Source of the DNA: an uncultured Chthonomonadaceae bacterium
Lineage (GTDB): Bacteria > Armatimonadota > Chthonomonadetes > Chthonomonadales > Chthonomonadaceae
Assembly: GCA_963835065.1 (NCBI GenBank)
Contig: CAWIEK010000003.1
Location: 32,001 to 96,000, forward strand
Direction of reading: 5' to 3'
Length of the DNA: 64,000 bases
A program made the translations under genes and the position numbers. The notes under the pieces were generated by a model. It saw only the letters and a program-made list of their open reading frames with translations, searched no databases and was not told the DNA's origin. Below, one piece after another: positions 1 to 9,385 of the stretch (the stretch's first letter is position 1; the number at the start of each line of letters is the position of its first letter).

Positions 1-51
1 CCGTGTATCCGGTATTCTCATTGGCAGCAGGGGTAGCAGGAGTGTCGGAGT

Positions 52-429
52 TCATAAATTGTGTCCGATCTTGAGCAGCGCTTCGATTTTACCCAGCAGG
101 CTGGGCAATTCGATGGGTTTGGTGTCGTAATCATCGCAGCCTGCCGCCAGCGCCTTTTCCCGATCCCCCGACATGGCATGGGCCGTCAGCGCTATTATGG
201 GGATAGACTGCGTGGCGGGATCGGCTTTCAGACGGCGGGTAGCTTCCCATCCGTCCAGGATCGGCAGGCTCATATCCATCAAAATCAACTGCGGCGCGTC
301 GGAACGCGCCATTTCCACACCCTGCGCCCCGTCCGCCGCGCACACAACCTCGTATCCCTTTTTGGTCAGGCGACGCGACAGCATATCCCGGTTATCTTCG
401 TTATCTTCCACCAGAAGTATTTTTGACAT
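52..429 (-). CDS. Single-domain response regulator (CheY/DivK-like)
   Basis: MSKILLVEDNEDN, LILMDMSLP, IPIIALTAHAM and DDYDTKP receiver motifs. Start moved to ATG 429, just downstream of the kinase. Confidence 0.93.
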   Translation of the reverse strand: MSKILLVEDNEDNRDMLSRRLTKKGYEVVCAADGAQGVEMARSDAPQLILMDMSLPILDGWEATRRLKADPATQSIPIIALTAHAMSGDREKALAAGCDDYDTKPIELPSLLGKIEALLKIGHNL

Positions 430-443
430 TCGTGTTTGCTCCA

Positions 444-3062
444 TTAACCACCAACCAACAATTCCCGTATCTGGCCGACAAGCGCCTGATGGTTGTACGT
501 TCCTTTTTGCAGCAACTGCGTGACGCGCCCTTCCAGGCGCTGCCGGTCTTCCGCCGTAATGTCTTTGGCGGTGACAACAATAATGGGAATCTCGTTCCAC
601 TCTTCATTGGCGCGTATGCGGGCGGTAAATTCAAAACCGTCCATTTCCGGCATCATCAAATCCAGCAGAATCAGGCTCGGTGGGTCGGCGGCAACGCGCT
701 CCAGGCCGACGCGCCCATTCTCCGCTTCCACAACCTTCCAGCCCGCCCGCGTCAGCATCTGGCGCAGCATCTGGCGCGTCGGCACATCGTCTTCCACGAC
801 AAGCACGGTTTTGGTAGACGAACGAGCGCGATATTTATCCAGAATGGAGGCCAGGCGCAGGGGCTGTACCGGCTTGGTCAAATAGTCCGCCGCCCCAAGC
901 GCGTAGCCCAGATCGGCGTCTTCGGTCAGCGTCACCATGACAACGGGAATGTCCGTGAGTTCGGGGTCCGCTTTCATCGCCGACAGCACCGCCCAACCGT
1001 CCATGTGCGGCATCATCACGTCCAGCGTGACCGCCACAGGAGGCGACAGCCGGGCAAGGCGCAGGCCCTCCTCGCCCGATGCCGCACATTCCACACGGTA
1101 GCCCGCTTCTTCCAGCGCCTTCTGCATCATGTCCCGCGACCCGGCCTCGTCGTCAATTACCAGAACGTAGGGCAGCGCGTTTCGGTTCTGTGCCTTCGGC
1201 TTTCCAGTTTGGCTGTCAGAAGGCGTATCGGCGTGGCTTTCCGGCAGCAGCCTTGCCGCCGCCTGTTCCGCAAGCGGCGCGACGGGCAGGCGAATGGTGA
1301 ACGTGGTTCCCTTGCCGACTTCGCTTTTCAATCCAATGGAGCCGCCCATCATTTCGCAGAAGCGTTTGGTAATCGCCAGGCCCAGCCCGGTTCCGCCGTA
1401 CTTGCGCGTGGTGGACGCATCGGCCTGCGCAAACGACTGAAACAGCTTGCCCATTTGCGCTTCGGTCATGCCGATGCCCGTGTCCGCCACTTCAAAAACG
1501 ATCCAATCGCTGTCTTTCCAGTCACTGTCTTTCCAATCCGTGTTAGTCTCGCTGCCCGCCTGTCCGGTTCCATTTGACGGTTGATTTTGCTTTGCGTCTT
1601 TGGATTCGCGCCGCGCGTTCAGGGTAATGCGGCCCTGTTCGGTAAACTTGCTTGCGTTGGAAATCAGATTGAACAGGGATTGGCGCACTTTGGTCAGGTC
1701 GGCGCGGATTGTGCCGATGTTTGCGGCGCAATGCACTTCCAGCGCGTTCTGGTTTTTCTGCGTCAGGGGCTGAATCGCGCCCACAACATCGCGGAGCATG
1801 GCGGCGACATCGAATGTTTCGATGTACAGCTCCATCTTGCCTGCTTCTATTTTGGACAAATCCAGCACGTCGTTGATCAGGGCGAGCAGGTGCTTGCCCG
1901 CGCTGTTGATTTTTTGCAGGTCGGGAACCATGTCGTCCTGCCCCGCGTCCGCCGCGTCTTCCTGCAGCATTTCGCTGTAGCCGATGATGGCATTAAGCGG
2001 GGTGCGCAGTTCGTGGCTCATGTTGGCAAGGAACTGCGACTTGGTGCGGTTGGCGCTTTCGGCTTCCTCTTTCGCCAATGTGAGCGCGGCCTCGGCTTTG
2101 GTGCGCTCGCTTAATTCGGTTTGCAGGGCGGTATTCAGGCGGGCATTGTCTAACGCCAATGACGCGAGCTGCGCAAAGCGATTCAGCAGTTCGCTTTCCG
2201 ACGCGCCGAACGTTTGCTGCGACTCATTGCCATACGCCAGCCCGATAACGCCTGCGAGTTTCCCGGCGGACAGAAGCGGCGCGGCCAGCACCGCCCGCAA
2301 CGGCGTGTCGTCAAAGTCGGTGACATGCTCGCTCCACGCCTTGTAATCGTTGACGATATGCGCCTGTCCGGTTTCCCACACCTTGCCGGCAACGCCCTCG
2401 CCCCGGCGCATCCGATGCCCGCGAAACCCTGCGGCCATTCCCAGGCCGACGCGCAATTCCATACTTTCGCCGTCCGGGGCGACAAGGTAGATGTAGCCAT
2501 GCGGCGCGCGCAGCATCCGCCCCGCCCGCCCCGCCAGATGTTCCAGCAGGTCTTCCATGTCCAGGCGCTGCATCAGCACGAGCGTGGTTTCGTGCAGCGC
2601 GGCAAAATACTCGTTTTGAAGGCGCAGGCCCTCCTCGGCGGTTTTGGTGGCCGTAATGTCGAGCAGCAGTCCGTCCCATAATACGTCGCCGTTGGCCTCT
2701 TGTTCCGGGTGCGACGCGCCCCCAATCCAGCGCGTGACGCCGGAGCGCAGCACAAAGCGGCCTTCCCATTTCCACTCGCTCAGGGTTTGGGCGGATGTTT
2801 CCACCGACTGCAAAAAACCGGGCGCATCGTCGGGATGGATCAGGCTGACAAGCGCCCAGGGATCGTCCATGATGCTTTGCGGGTCCACGTCGAACAGGGC
2901 GCGGGACCCGGTGCTGACATAGGGAAAGGCGACGGAACCATCCGGGTGGCGCACAAACTGATAGACCATCCCCGGCGCGTTGGCGACGATGCGCCGATAG
3001 CGCGCCTCGCTTTGCCGCAGGCGCTCTCCGACCTGCTCGCGGTTTGTGCTGTTTGCGTCCAT
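444..3062 (-). CDS. Hybrid sensor histidine kinase (PAS-GAF-HisKA-HATPase-REC-REC)
   Basis: H-box FLANMSHELRTPLNAIIG, NLISNASKFT, DTGIGM, GGTGLGLAI, and two C-terminal receiver domains. Start ATG 3062 (TTG 3098 is an alternative). Confidence 0.95.
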   Translation of the reverse strand: MDANSTNREQVGERLRQSEARYRRIVANAPGMVYQFVRHPDGSVAFPYVSTGSRALFDVDPQSIMDDPWALVSLIHPDDAPGFLQSVETSAQTLSEWKWEGRFVLRSGVTRWIGGASHPEQEANGDVLWDGLLLDITATKTAEEGLRLQNEYFAALHETTLVLMQRLDMEDLLEHLAGRAGRMLRAPHGYIYLVAPDGESMELRVGLGMAAGFRGHRMRRGEGVAGKVWETGQAHIVNDYKAWSEHVTDFDDTPLRAVLAAPLLSAGKLAGVIGLAYGNESQQTFGASESELLNRFAQLASLALDNARLNTALQTELSERTKAEAALTLAKEEAESANRTKSQFLANMSHELRTPLNAIIGYSEMLQEDAADAGQDDMVPDLQKINSAGKHLLALINDVLDLSKIEAGKMELYIETFDVAAMLRDVVGAIQPLTQKNQNALEVHCAANIGTIRADLTKVRQSLFNLISNASKFTEQGRITLNARRESKDAKQNQPSNGTGQAGSETNTDWKDSDWKDSDWIVFEVADTGIGMTEAQMGKLFQSFAQADASTTRKYGGTGLGLAITKRFCEMMGGSIGLKSEVGKGTTFTIRLPVAPLAEQAAARLLPESHADTPSDSQTGKPKAQNRNALPYVLVIDDEAGSRDMMQKALEEAGYRVECAASGEEGLRLARLSPPVAVTLDVMMPHMDGWAVLSAMKADPELTDIPVVMVTLTEDADLGYALGAADYLTKPVQPLRLASILDKYRARSSTKTVLVVEDDVPTRQMLRQMLTRAGWKVVEAENGRVGLERVAADPPSLILLDLMMPEMDGFEFTARIRANEEWNEIPIIVVTAKDITAEDRQRLEGRVTQLLQKGTYNHQALVGQIRELLVGG

Positions 3063-3113
3063 AGCGTCTCCGGGTAATTGCGCTTCAACTGCTGCCAAAG
3101 TACCTCACCCCAA

Positions 3114-3280
3114 CCCCTCTCCTGGGCGCTCGTTCCTCGCTAGGAGAGGGGCACACCTTCAAACGCGCTGTTGGCGGTTTTCATGTCCAGCCTCTCCTGG
3201 GCGCTCGTTCCTCGCTAGGAGAGGGGCTATTTCAGATGGAACCCCTCTCCTGCGTCGCTCGTTCCTCCCCAGGAGAGGGG
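3114..3280. repeat. Three tandem REP-like hairpins CC(CC)TCTCCT-N~19-AGGAGAGGGG
   Basis: Units at 3114-3151, 3191-3226 and 3242-3280 share the core CGCTCGTTCCTC. A degenerate inverted copy lies at ~47352-47387. Confidence 0.85.
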
Positions 3281-3512
3281 CTTTTCATACTTTAAGGCGA
3301 ACGTAGTTCATGAAGTCTAAGCGGAAAACGGTAAAGAGAATAATCCAAGCATAGTCTTACATTATACCTTCTCATGCCCTTCCAGAATCAACCCGGTAAT
3401 AAGATGGCAGGGCCGCCGTGTCTGAATCCGCCCGTTCAACCGACATATCAGTACCGATTAGCCCTCAGCCCCTAAACGTTGGGCAAGCAAAGGATGAAGG
3501 ATGGGAAAAAAG

Positions 3513-3660
3513 AGTATGTAGAGGCAGCGTCGAAATCTTGGCAATGCAGCGCTTCCAGCCCGATGTCTCGTTGTGTCAAATTGTAGAAGAGAGGCGTCGT
3601 GACCTCGGAAGCGTCAGGGCGGACGGGAGAAGGGGAACATAGGACTGGCACCTCCCTTCT
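3513..3660. repeat. Dispersed ~150-nt element, copy 1 (candidate ncRNA or mini-ORF element)
   Basis: First 66 nt are 65/66 identical to 37289-37354. The minus strand carries an SD and the mini-ORF MFPFSRPP* (3640-3614). Confidence 0.85.
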
Positions 3661-3746
3661 TGCATGTATAGCACGAGTCTGTATACTAGACACTTGTGCT
3701 GTATTAGACGGATGTGTGGAGCAAAGGGTTCGTTTTTTTCGCAGCG

Positions 3747-3877
3747 TCAAGGGAATAAATTCCCTCGCTACGCGCCTGCGGCGGACTGTCCTTCGGACAG
3801 GAGGTTCAGGAAAAGAGAGTTCCGTCCGAAGGACGGTTCGGCGGTACGCCGCGTAGCGAGGGAATTTATTCCCTTGA
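3747..3877. repeat. Long inverted repeat (REP dimer/REPIN-like)
   Basis: 28-bp perfect arms TCAAGGGAATAAATTCCCTCGCTACGCG at 3747-3774 and 3850-3877, with small internal hairpins (GTCC-TTCG-GAC type). Confidence 0.9.
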
Positions 3878-4045
3878 TGCCCGTTGTCTCTCCGCGCAGA
3901 GTGATGGTTAACGATAAGATTTTATATGCCGGGTTCTGCCGGGCAACTTTAGAAGCGCCGGTTCCGGCAAAAAAGGCAGGAATTAGCGCAATGAATGGTA
4001 TAAATACGGTAGGAATGAAGACGCGCAGGAAAAGGGAGGAACCGC

Positions 4046-5254
4046 ATGGCAAAAGATTGGACAAGCGCTCTGGTGAACAAGCGCAATCAGGGCGATACGT
4101 GGGCGGACAAATTGGTGGATGAAGTGGTTACGGCGGGCGGGGAGGAGCGGGAAGGCGAAATCAGCATGGGGCGGCTGATAGGCCAGATTGTCAGCGTCCA
4201 TGAAACGGTTCCCGATGATATGCCCTCGGATATGAAAGATTACTTTCTCAAGGATGACAGGCCTGCGTGGGTGGACGCGAACAAAATCAAGCAGGGAACG
4301 GAGGTGTTCGTTCGGCACGGCGTGGAAATTTCGATGATTTTGCTGTGCGCGTCCCTGCCCGCCTGCTACGCGGATGCGCCGGGCGTCAACGCGCTCGACC
4401 AGACGCACCAACTGACCAAGCATCCCCTGCGCCGCGTGATTGAAACCTCGCGCTTTGTCATGGACGTGCTGCTGCCCGACAATTTGATCGGCAACGGACA
4501 CGGCGCGATTACGGCCAAGAAAGTGCGCCTGCTCCACGCCACCAACCGGCGTATGCTGCACAATCAGCCGGGCGCGCTGTGGAACGAGAAGGAATGGGGG
4601 CTGCCGCTCAATCAGGAAGACCTCGCGCTGACGCTGATGACGTTTGCCACCGTCGTGCTGGACAGCCTGGCGAAACTGAACCTGTACGTGTCGCCTGAAG
4701 AGCAGGAAAGCTACGTACATACCTGGCGCTACATCGGCTACCTGATGGGCATTGAAGAGGAACTGCTGCCGGAAAGCGCGGAGGATGGCAGGGCCTTGTT
4801 CAAGACTATTGCTGACCGGGTATACGCCTCAAGCCCGTCCGGCATTGCGCTGACAAAGGCGCTGGTAGGCTTGATGCAGGACATTCTGCCCAATGAAGTG
4901 ATGGACAGCGTGGTTCCCGCGAAAATCCGGCTGTATATGGGGGATGAAGTGTCCGACATGCTGGGCGTGGCACAAGTGCCGCCGCATAGCATCGCCCCGC
5001 ATCTGCTGGACGTTGTAAAATTCGTGCATGGCGTGGAACACAAATTTCTCAAAGATCATCAGGTACTTGGCTTCGCCACTGACTCATTAGGCCGTCTTAT
5101 TCTGCATGGTTTGGAGGATTACACGCGCAATGATGGGCGTCCGCAATTCCATGTGCCAACCCTCCTGCGCGGCCATTGGAAGATGGCTCCCCACACGCCC
5201 AAGCCGCCGGCAGGAACGGTTGTGACAGGCGAGGCGCATGCTGCTACGGCGTGA
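4046..5254 (+). CDS. Oxygenase MpaB / rubber oxygenase (Lcp-like, DUF2236) family heme protein
   Basis: RRVIETSRF, KVRLLHATNR, WGLPLNQEDLALTL and WRYIGYLMGI motifs. SD AGGGAGG upstream. Confidence 0.85.
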   Translation: MAKDWTSALVNKRNQGDTWADKLVDEVVTAGGEEREGEISMGRLIGQIVSVHETVPDDMPSDMKDYFLKDDRPAWVDANKIKQGTEVFVRHGVEISMILLCASLPACYADAPGVNALDQTHQLTKHPLRRVIETSRFVMDVLLPDNLIGNGHGAITAKKVRLLHATNRRMLHNQPGALWNEKEWGLPLNQEDLALTLMTFATVVLDSLAKLNLYVSPEEQESYVHTWRYIGYLMGIEEELLPESAEDGRALFKTIADRVYASSPSGIALTKALVGLMQDILPNEVMDSVVPAKIRLYMGDEVSDMLGVAQVPPHSIAPHLLDVVKFVHGVEHKFLKDHQVLGFATDSLGRLILHGLEDYTRNDGRPQFHVPTLLRGHWKMAPHTPKPPAGTVVTGEAHAATA

Positions 5255-5256
5255 AA

Positions 5257-5396
5257 GCGGGTGTCGGGTGTCGGGTGTCGGGTATTCGGGTGTTCAGGAA
5301 TACGTAAACACAAGAGTTTACTTTAGCGTAATGGGTGCGACAAGCCTCGCAGCCAAACACCTGAACACCGAACACCTGAACACCTGAATACCAAGA
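5257..5396. repeat. Short tandem repeats (GGGTGTC)n and (ACACCTGA/ACACCGA)n in inverted arrangement
   Basis: Seen directly between the oxygenase stop and folC. The same family occurs at ~20270-20296, just beyond the obgE stop. Confidence 0.8.
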
Positions 5397-5408
5397 CAGG
5401 ACACGGGT

Positions 5409-6761
5409 ATGAACTTTGAGGAAAGCCTCCGGTATATGGAGGGCTTGCTGCGGTTTGGGTGGAAGCTGGGGAATGAGCGTTTTACGGCTTTGTGCGCCCG
5501 GTTAGGCAACCCGCAGGATCGCTACGGGGTTCTGCATGTCACGGGCACAAAGGGCAAAGGCTCCACAACCGCGCTGGCGGCGGGCATTTTGCGGGAAGCG
5601 GGGTATGCTGTCGGCGCGTATTTTTCGCCGTATGTGTATGATCCGTGTGAGCGCGTTCAAGTGAACGGACAGATGATTCCACGCGCTGATTTCGCCCGCC
5701 TTGTCACGCGGATACGCCCGCACATCGAAGCCCTGGCGGAAACGGAACTGGGACAGACAACGGAGTTCGAGCTGAAGACCGCGCTCGGCTTCTGCTGGTT
5801 CGCGGAACAGAAGGTAGATCGGGCGTGTATCGAAGTGGGTATCGGCGGCAGGCTGGACGCCACCAACATCGTCAAGCCGACAGTTACGGTGATTACCAAC
5901 ATCGGCTTAGACCATACACAGCAATTGGGCAATACCCACGCCCTAATTGCGGGCGAAAAAGCGGGCATTATCAAACCCGGCGTTCCGTGCATTACGGCTG
6001 TGGAGCATCCCGACGCGCTGCAAGTAATTCAGCAAACGGCGCAGGAACGGGGTTCGTTGTTGTCGTTGGTACGGCAGGGGAAAGCATCGCAGCCGACGGG
6101 CGATGCCACAAAAGTATTTTGGAGTCTGGAAGCAGGCGACCCTCATTCGGCGGAATTTACGGTTGCTACTCCTGCCGCCGTTTACCCATTCCTCAATCTC
6201 CGTTTGAACGGCGTGTATCAGCGCGTCAATGCCGCTTGTGCCGTTGCTGCCGTGGAAACCGCGTTACGCAGCCAAAATGAAACGCTTACGCAATCAACTG
6301 CGCGGCAGGGATTGGCAAGCGTGACATTGCCGGGCCGGTTCGAACAGGTCCAAATTCCCAATGGCCCGCTCGTCGTTCTGGACGGGGCGCACAATGAAAT
6401 GGCGGCGCAGGCTCTGGCTGGCCCGGTTCGCGCCCTGTGCGCCGCCCGGCACATCAAGCGCGTGTTTCTGGTGATCGGCATGTTGAACGGACACGCGCCT
6501 GAAGGCGTGTTTGCCGCCCTCGCCCCGCTTGCCGAGCGCATTTACGTCTGCCAACCGCAATGGAAACGCGCCCTGCCTGCGGAAGAACTAGCAGAAGTGG
6601 CGCGGCAATTCTGTAATACCGTAGCGGTAATTCCTGATGTAGAAGAAGCCGCGCAAACCGCTATTCAAGCCGCTGATTTTACGGACTTGGTATTGATTAC
6701 CGGCTCGTTCTATACTGTTGGCGAAGCCGCCTTTGTGCCTGAAAATAAGGAACAAGTTTAG
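5409..6761 (+). CDS. folC: Folylpolyglutamate synthase / dihydrofolate synthase
   Basis: HVTGTKGKGST, EVGIGGRLDATN, IGLDH, LDGAHN and ITGSFY motifs. Confidence 0.95.
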   Translation: MNFEESLRYMEGLLRFGWKLGNERFTALCARLGNPQDRYGVLHVTGTKGKGSTTALAAGILREAGYAVGAYFSPYVYDPCERVQVNGQMIPRADFARLVTRIRPHIEALAETELGQTTEFELKTALGFCWFAEQKVDRACIEVGIGGRLDATNIVKPTVTVITNIGLDHTQQLGNTHALIAGEKAGIIKPGVPCITAVEHPDALQVIQQTAQERGSLLSLVRQGKASQPTGDATKVFWSLEAGDPHSAEFTVATPAAVYPFLNLRLNGVYQRVNAACAVAAVETALRSQNETLTQSTARQGLASVTLPGRFEQVQIPNGPLVVLDGAHNEMAAQALAGPVRALCAARHIKRVFLVIGMLNGHAPEGVFAALAPLAERIYVCQPQWKRALPAEELAEVARQFCNTVAVIPDVEEAAQTAIQAADFTDLVLITGSFYTVGEAAFVPENKEQV

Positions 6762-7561
6762 CGTTTCAAGAACCTGAGGTATTTGTTCAGCGTGGTTGTC
6801 AACTGGAGCGCCGTTGTGTACGTTCGGCTTTGCTTTAGTTCTTCCAGTTCTATGGCGAGGTACTCGGAATGGATCGTGTTGCCGAAGAACTCAAACAGCT
6901 TGCAAATGGCTTCTTTTTCGGCTTCGGGCGCATTGAGGATGGCAAGCAGCGCGTCCGGCGGGCGGGTTCCAACAGCCAGGACGCCCAGGCCAAACCCATG
7001 TTTGAATTCAAGGCTCGGATAATTGCCGGCAAGTTCCGCCCATAGTTTGTGAACGCCAAAGCCGTGCGTAAAAACATTGGTGTCGTGAAACATGACGATC
7101 CCGCGCTCGCTTAATTTCGGTCGCCAGGTTTGATAATCGCGGGCGGCGGCCTCATAGGTGTGGAAGCCGTCTATATGCAGCAGGTCTACGGTTCCATCCG
7201 CGAAGGTGTCGAGCGCGGCATCGAAAGTACACCGGTGCAGCGTGGAGAAAGCCGCGTACAGCGGATCGTGGTGCGCTTTGAGTTTGGCGAACGCCTGCTC
7301 CACAAGCGGCCCCGTATGCTCATCTCCCTGCCAGGTGTCTACCGCGTGGCAGCGCGTTTCATATTGCAGCGCCGCAACCGCCTGACAAAAACCGCAATAC
7401 GATGTGCCGTAGTACGTTCCCAATTCCACAAGGCAGGCGGGCTTCGTCAACTGCACGAGCAGCATCCCGAACGGGATATGTCTGGCCCAGGCGGACGGAG
7501 CCAGCCACAGGGGACGCTCGTACAGAATCGGATAATCCACAGGGTTGAATCGGGTTGTCAA
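6758..7561 (-). CDS. Class I SAM-dependent methyltransferase (Methyltransf_24-like)
   Basis: VELGTYYGTS, AVDTWQGD, DLLHIDGFHTYE and GIVMFHDT motifs. TTG start. Confidence 0.85.
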   Translation of the reverse strand: MTTRFNPVDYPILYERPLWLAPSAWARHIPFGMLLVQLTKPACLVELGTYYGTSYCGFCQAVAALQYETRCHAVDTWQGDEHTGPLVEQAFAKLKAHHDPLYAAFSTLHRCTFDAALDTFADGTVDLLHIDGFHTYEAAARDYQTWRPKLSERGIVMFHDTNVFTHGFGVHKLWAELAGNYPSLEFKHGFGLGVLAVGTRPPDALLAILNAPEAEKEAICKLFEFFGNTIHSEYLAIELEELKQSRTYTTALQLTTTLNKYLRFLKR

Positions 7562-7591
7562 TGGTTTCTATGCTCTTTATCTGTTTGACGC

Positions 7592-9175
7592 TTACTCGGC
7601 GATGCCATTTTCCTGCGCCCAGGGCGCGGTCTTGATGACGCTTTGCATTGCTTCGGGCGTTTTGCCTAACTTCGCCGCGTTTGTAACCACGTCCTGCATA
7701 TCCACGCCGTACCAATGGCGCTTGTTTGAATCGCACAATCCCGCCACGTTCAAACAGGCAATGCTGTCAGCCACCTGACGTTCAAATTCCGCCAATTCCA
7801 GCGTTGATATTCCCTGTGAGTGTTCACGCAGCAGTTGAGCGCAACGTTTCATTCCCCTTGCAAACGGCGCGTAATCCCCGGCGAGAAAATGTTGGGGGCG
7901 GTCAGGCATAGCAATCCGCCGCGCCATTTCCGCGTGACTGGCGGCGGCGAAATAGAACATCGAAAACGCCCGGAACCATGCAAAATCTGCCATGCCCGCG
8001 TAACACGCGGCAATAAACTGCGCCGTCCAATCGGCTTCGCTCAGGGTGATGGCGCTATATTCGCGCAGCCGGGTTTCAAAGTCGGACGCGCCCCAAGCTT
8101 CTTCCAGAATTCGCGCCAGCCGCTCGATGCCGAGCAACGTCAGCGGCATTCCCGTGCTGAACAGAGGGTCCACAAACGCGGCGGCGGAAGGCAGCAGCGC
8201 CCAATTTTTTCCGGCGGCCACTCCCATACGCAGCGCGATACGGGGCGCGTAAACGAATGGATGAACGGGAGTGGCGTCGGCAAGTTGTGCGGCTACGGTG
8301 GGGAAGCGCTTTAGAACGCGCGGCCAGGCGGCGGCTCCTTCGGCCAGGTTCAATTCCCGCGCCAGCCAGTCCTCGACGGCTATCCCCGCGCTTGTAACGC
8401 CGTTGTTGAAGCGCAAAACCCACATCCAGCCGCCGTCAAAAACATGGTGCAAGGCGGCGTCATCGGGCGCGTAAGGAGGCGTTTCGCTTGAATTAAAATT
8501 GTTTGCGCCGTCGCAGCGATGCACGTTTGTGAAATGGGTGTACAGCGCGTGGGTGTGGGGATAATCGGCAAAATTTGAGGTGGGCAGTTCCAGGCTGCGC
8601 GCCAGAAATCCGTTCGGCCCGCTTGCGTCCACGACAAACTTTGCTCTGATATTTACGGGCTGCCCGTGCCGCTCCCCCGTCAGTCCAATCCCGTCCGCCC
8701 GAATATCTACACTGCATAAGCGCGTTTCGTCCCAATACTCCACGCCCAATGTCAGGGCTTCCCGCAGCAGAAAATGATCCACGTCGGAACGCAGCCAATG
8801 CGTATCCGCGACGGCATTGCTCGGACTGGCCGCGACCAGCAGTTGATTTTCGCGCTCCACTTCGACTGCAAACGGCTGGCCTGCCTGATGATGGTAATAA
8901 GTGAAACCCCGTTTCAAGCCGCAGGTTACGTCCGGGTACGCCTGCTGCCATGCGCCGTAAGTGGTCAGGGGAAGCAGGCGGGGCAAATCGTAGCGGTGGG
9001 CAATCTGTTCGATAAGCAGGTTCATCAGGGGTGACGTGGACTCGCCAATGGCAAAGCGGGGATGCCGGCCCCGTTCCAGCAGCGCAACGCGCAGGCCAAT
9101 GCGCCGCGCAACCATCGCAAGCAGCGAACCGCCAAACCCCGAACCAACAATTGCCAGATCATATTCCGCTTGCAT
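7592..9175 (-). CDS. Flavin-dependent halogenase-like FAD oxidoreductase
   Basis: GSGFGG FAD motif, PRFAIGEST, LKRGF (candidate catalytic Lys), GGWMWVL (WxWxI-like) and FVDPLFSTG (FxxPxxSxG). Confidence 0.85.
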   Translation of the reverse strand: MQAEYDLAIVGSGFGGSLLAMVARRIGLRVALLERGRHPRFAIGESTSPLMNLLIEQIAHRYDLPRLLPLTTYGAWQQAYPDVTCGLKRGFTYYHHQAGQPFAVEVERENQLLVAASPSNAVADTHWLRSDVDHFLLREALTLGVEYWDETRLCSVDIRADGIGLTGERHGQPVNIRAKFVVDASGPNGFLARSLELPTSNFADYPHTHALYTHFTNVHRCDGANNFNSSETPPYAPDDAALHHVFDGGWMWVLRFNNGVTSAGIAVEDWLARELNLAEGAAAWPRVLKRFPTVAAQLADATPVHPFVYAPRIALRMGVAAGKNWALLPSAAAFVDPLFSTGMPLTLLGIERLARILEEAWGASDFETRLREYSAITLSEADWTAQFIAACYAGMADFAWFRAFSMFYFAAASHAEMARRIAMPDRPQHFLAGDYAPFARGMKRCAQLLREHSQGISTLELAEFERQVADSIACLNVAGLCDSNKRHWYGVDMQDVVTNAAKLGKTPEAMQSVIKTAPWAQENGIAE

Positions 9176-9219
9176 TACTTAAATTCTTCTCAACTGTGAA
9201 ATGGGGCGTATTCTGTTTC

Positions 9220-9345
9220 TTGCCGGATACTGAAAGTACCCGGCAGGACAAAACAAGCGTCTTACAGACGCGGGAATCTTGATGTAGAGAATCGCGTCTG
9301 TAGGACGCTTGCACTTTCCTGCCGGGTACTTTCAGTATCCGGCAA
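9220..9345. repeat. Long inverted repeat (REP dimer/REPIN-like), second family
   Basis: 29-bp perfect arms TTGCCGGATACTGAAAGTACCCGGCAGGA at 9220-9248 and 9317-9345, with a further inner stem. A related half-unit lies at ~37531-37581. Confidence 0.9.
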
Positions 9346-9385
9346 CAGACGTTGAAAATCCCCGGAACCCGGTGAAGAATTGCTC

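Noticed and set aside
423..1577. 384-aa plus-strand ORF, and similar long ORFs at 26062-27228, 35962-37182, 51074-52267, 52544-53908, 54108-55070 and 62675-63865
   Set aside because: Antisense shadows of well-supported genes in GC-rich DNA, with no recognisable motifs.
3513..3660. CRISPR leader plus repeat interpretation of the dispersed element (GTCTCG...GAC segment)
   Set aside because: No tandem repeat-spacer array and no cas genes; the sequence after the putative repeat is homologous between copies rather than unique.
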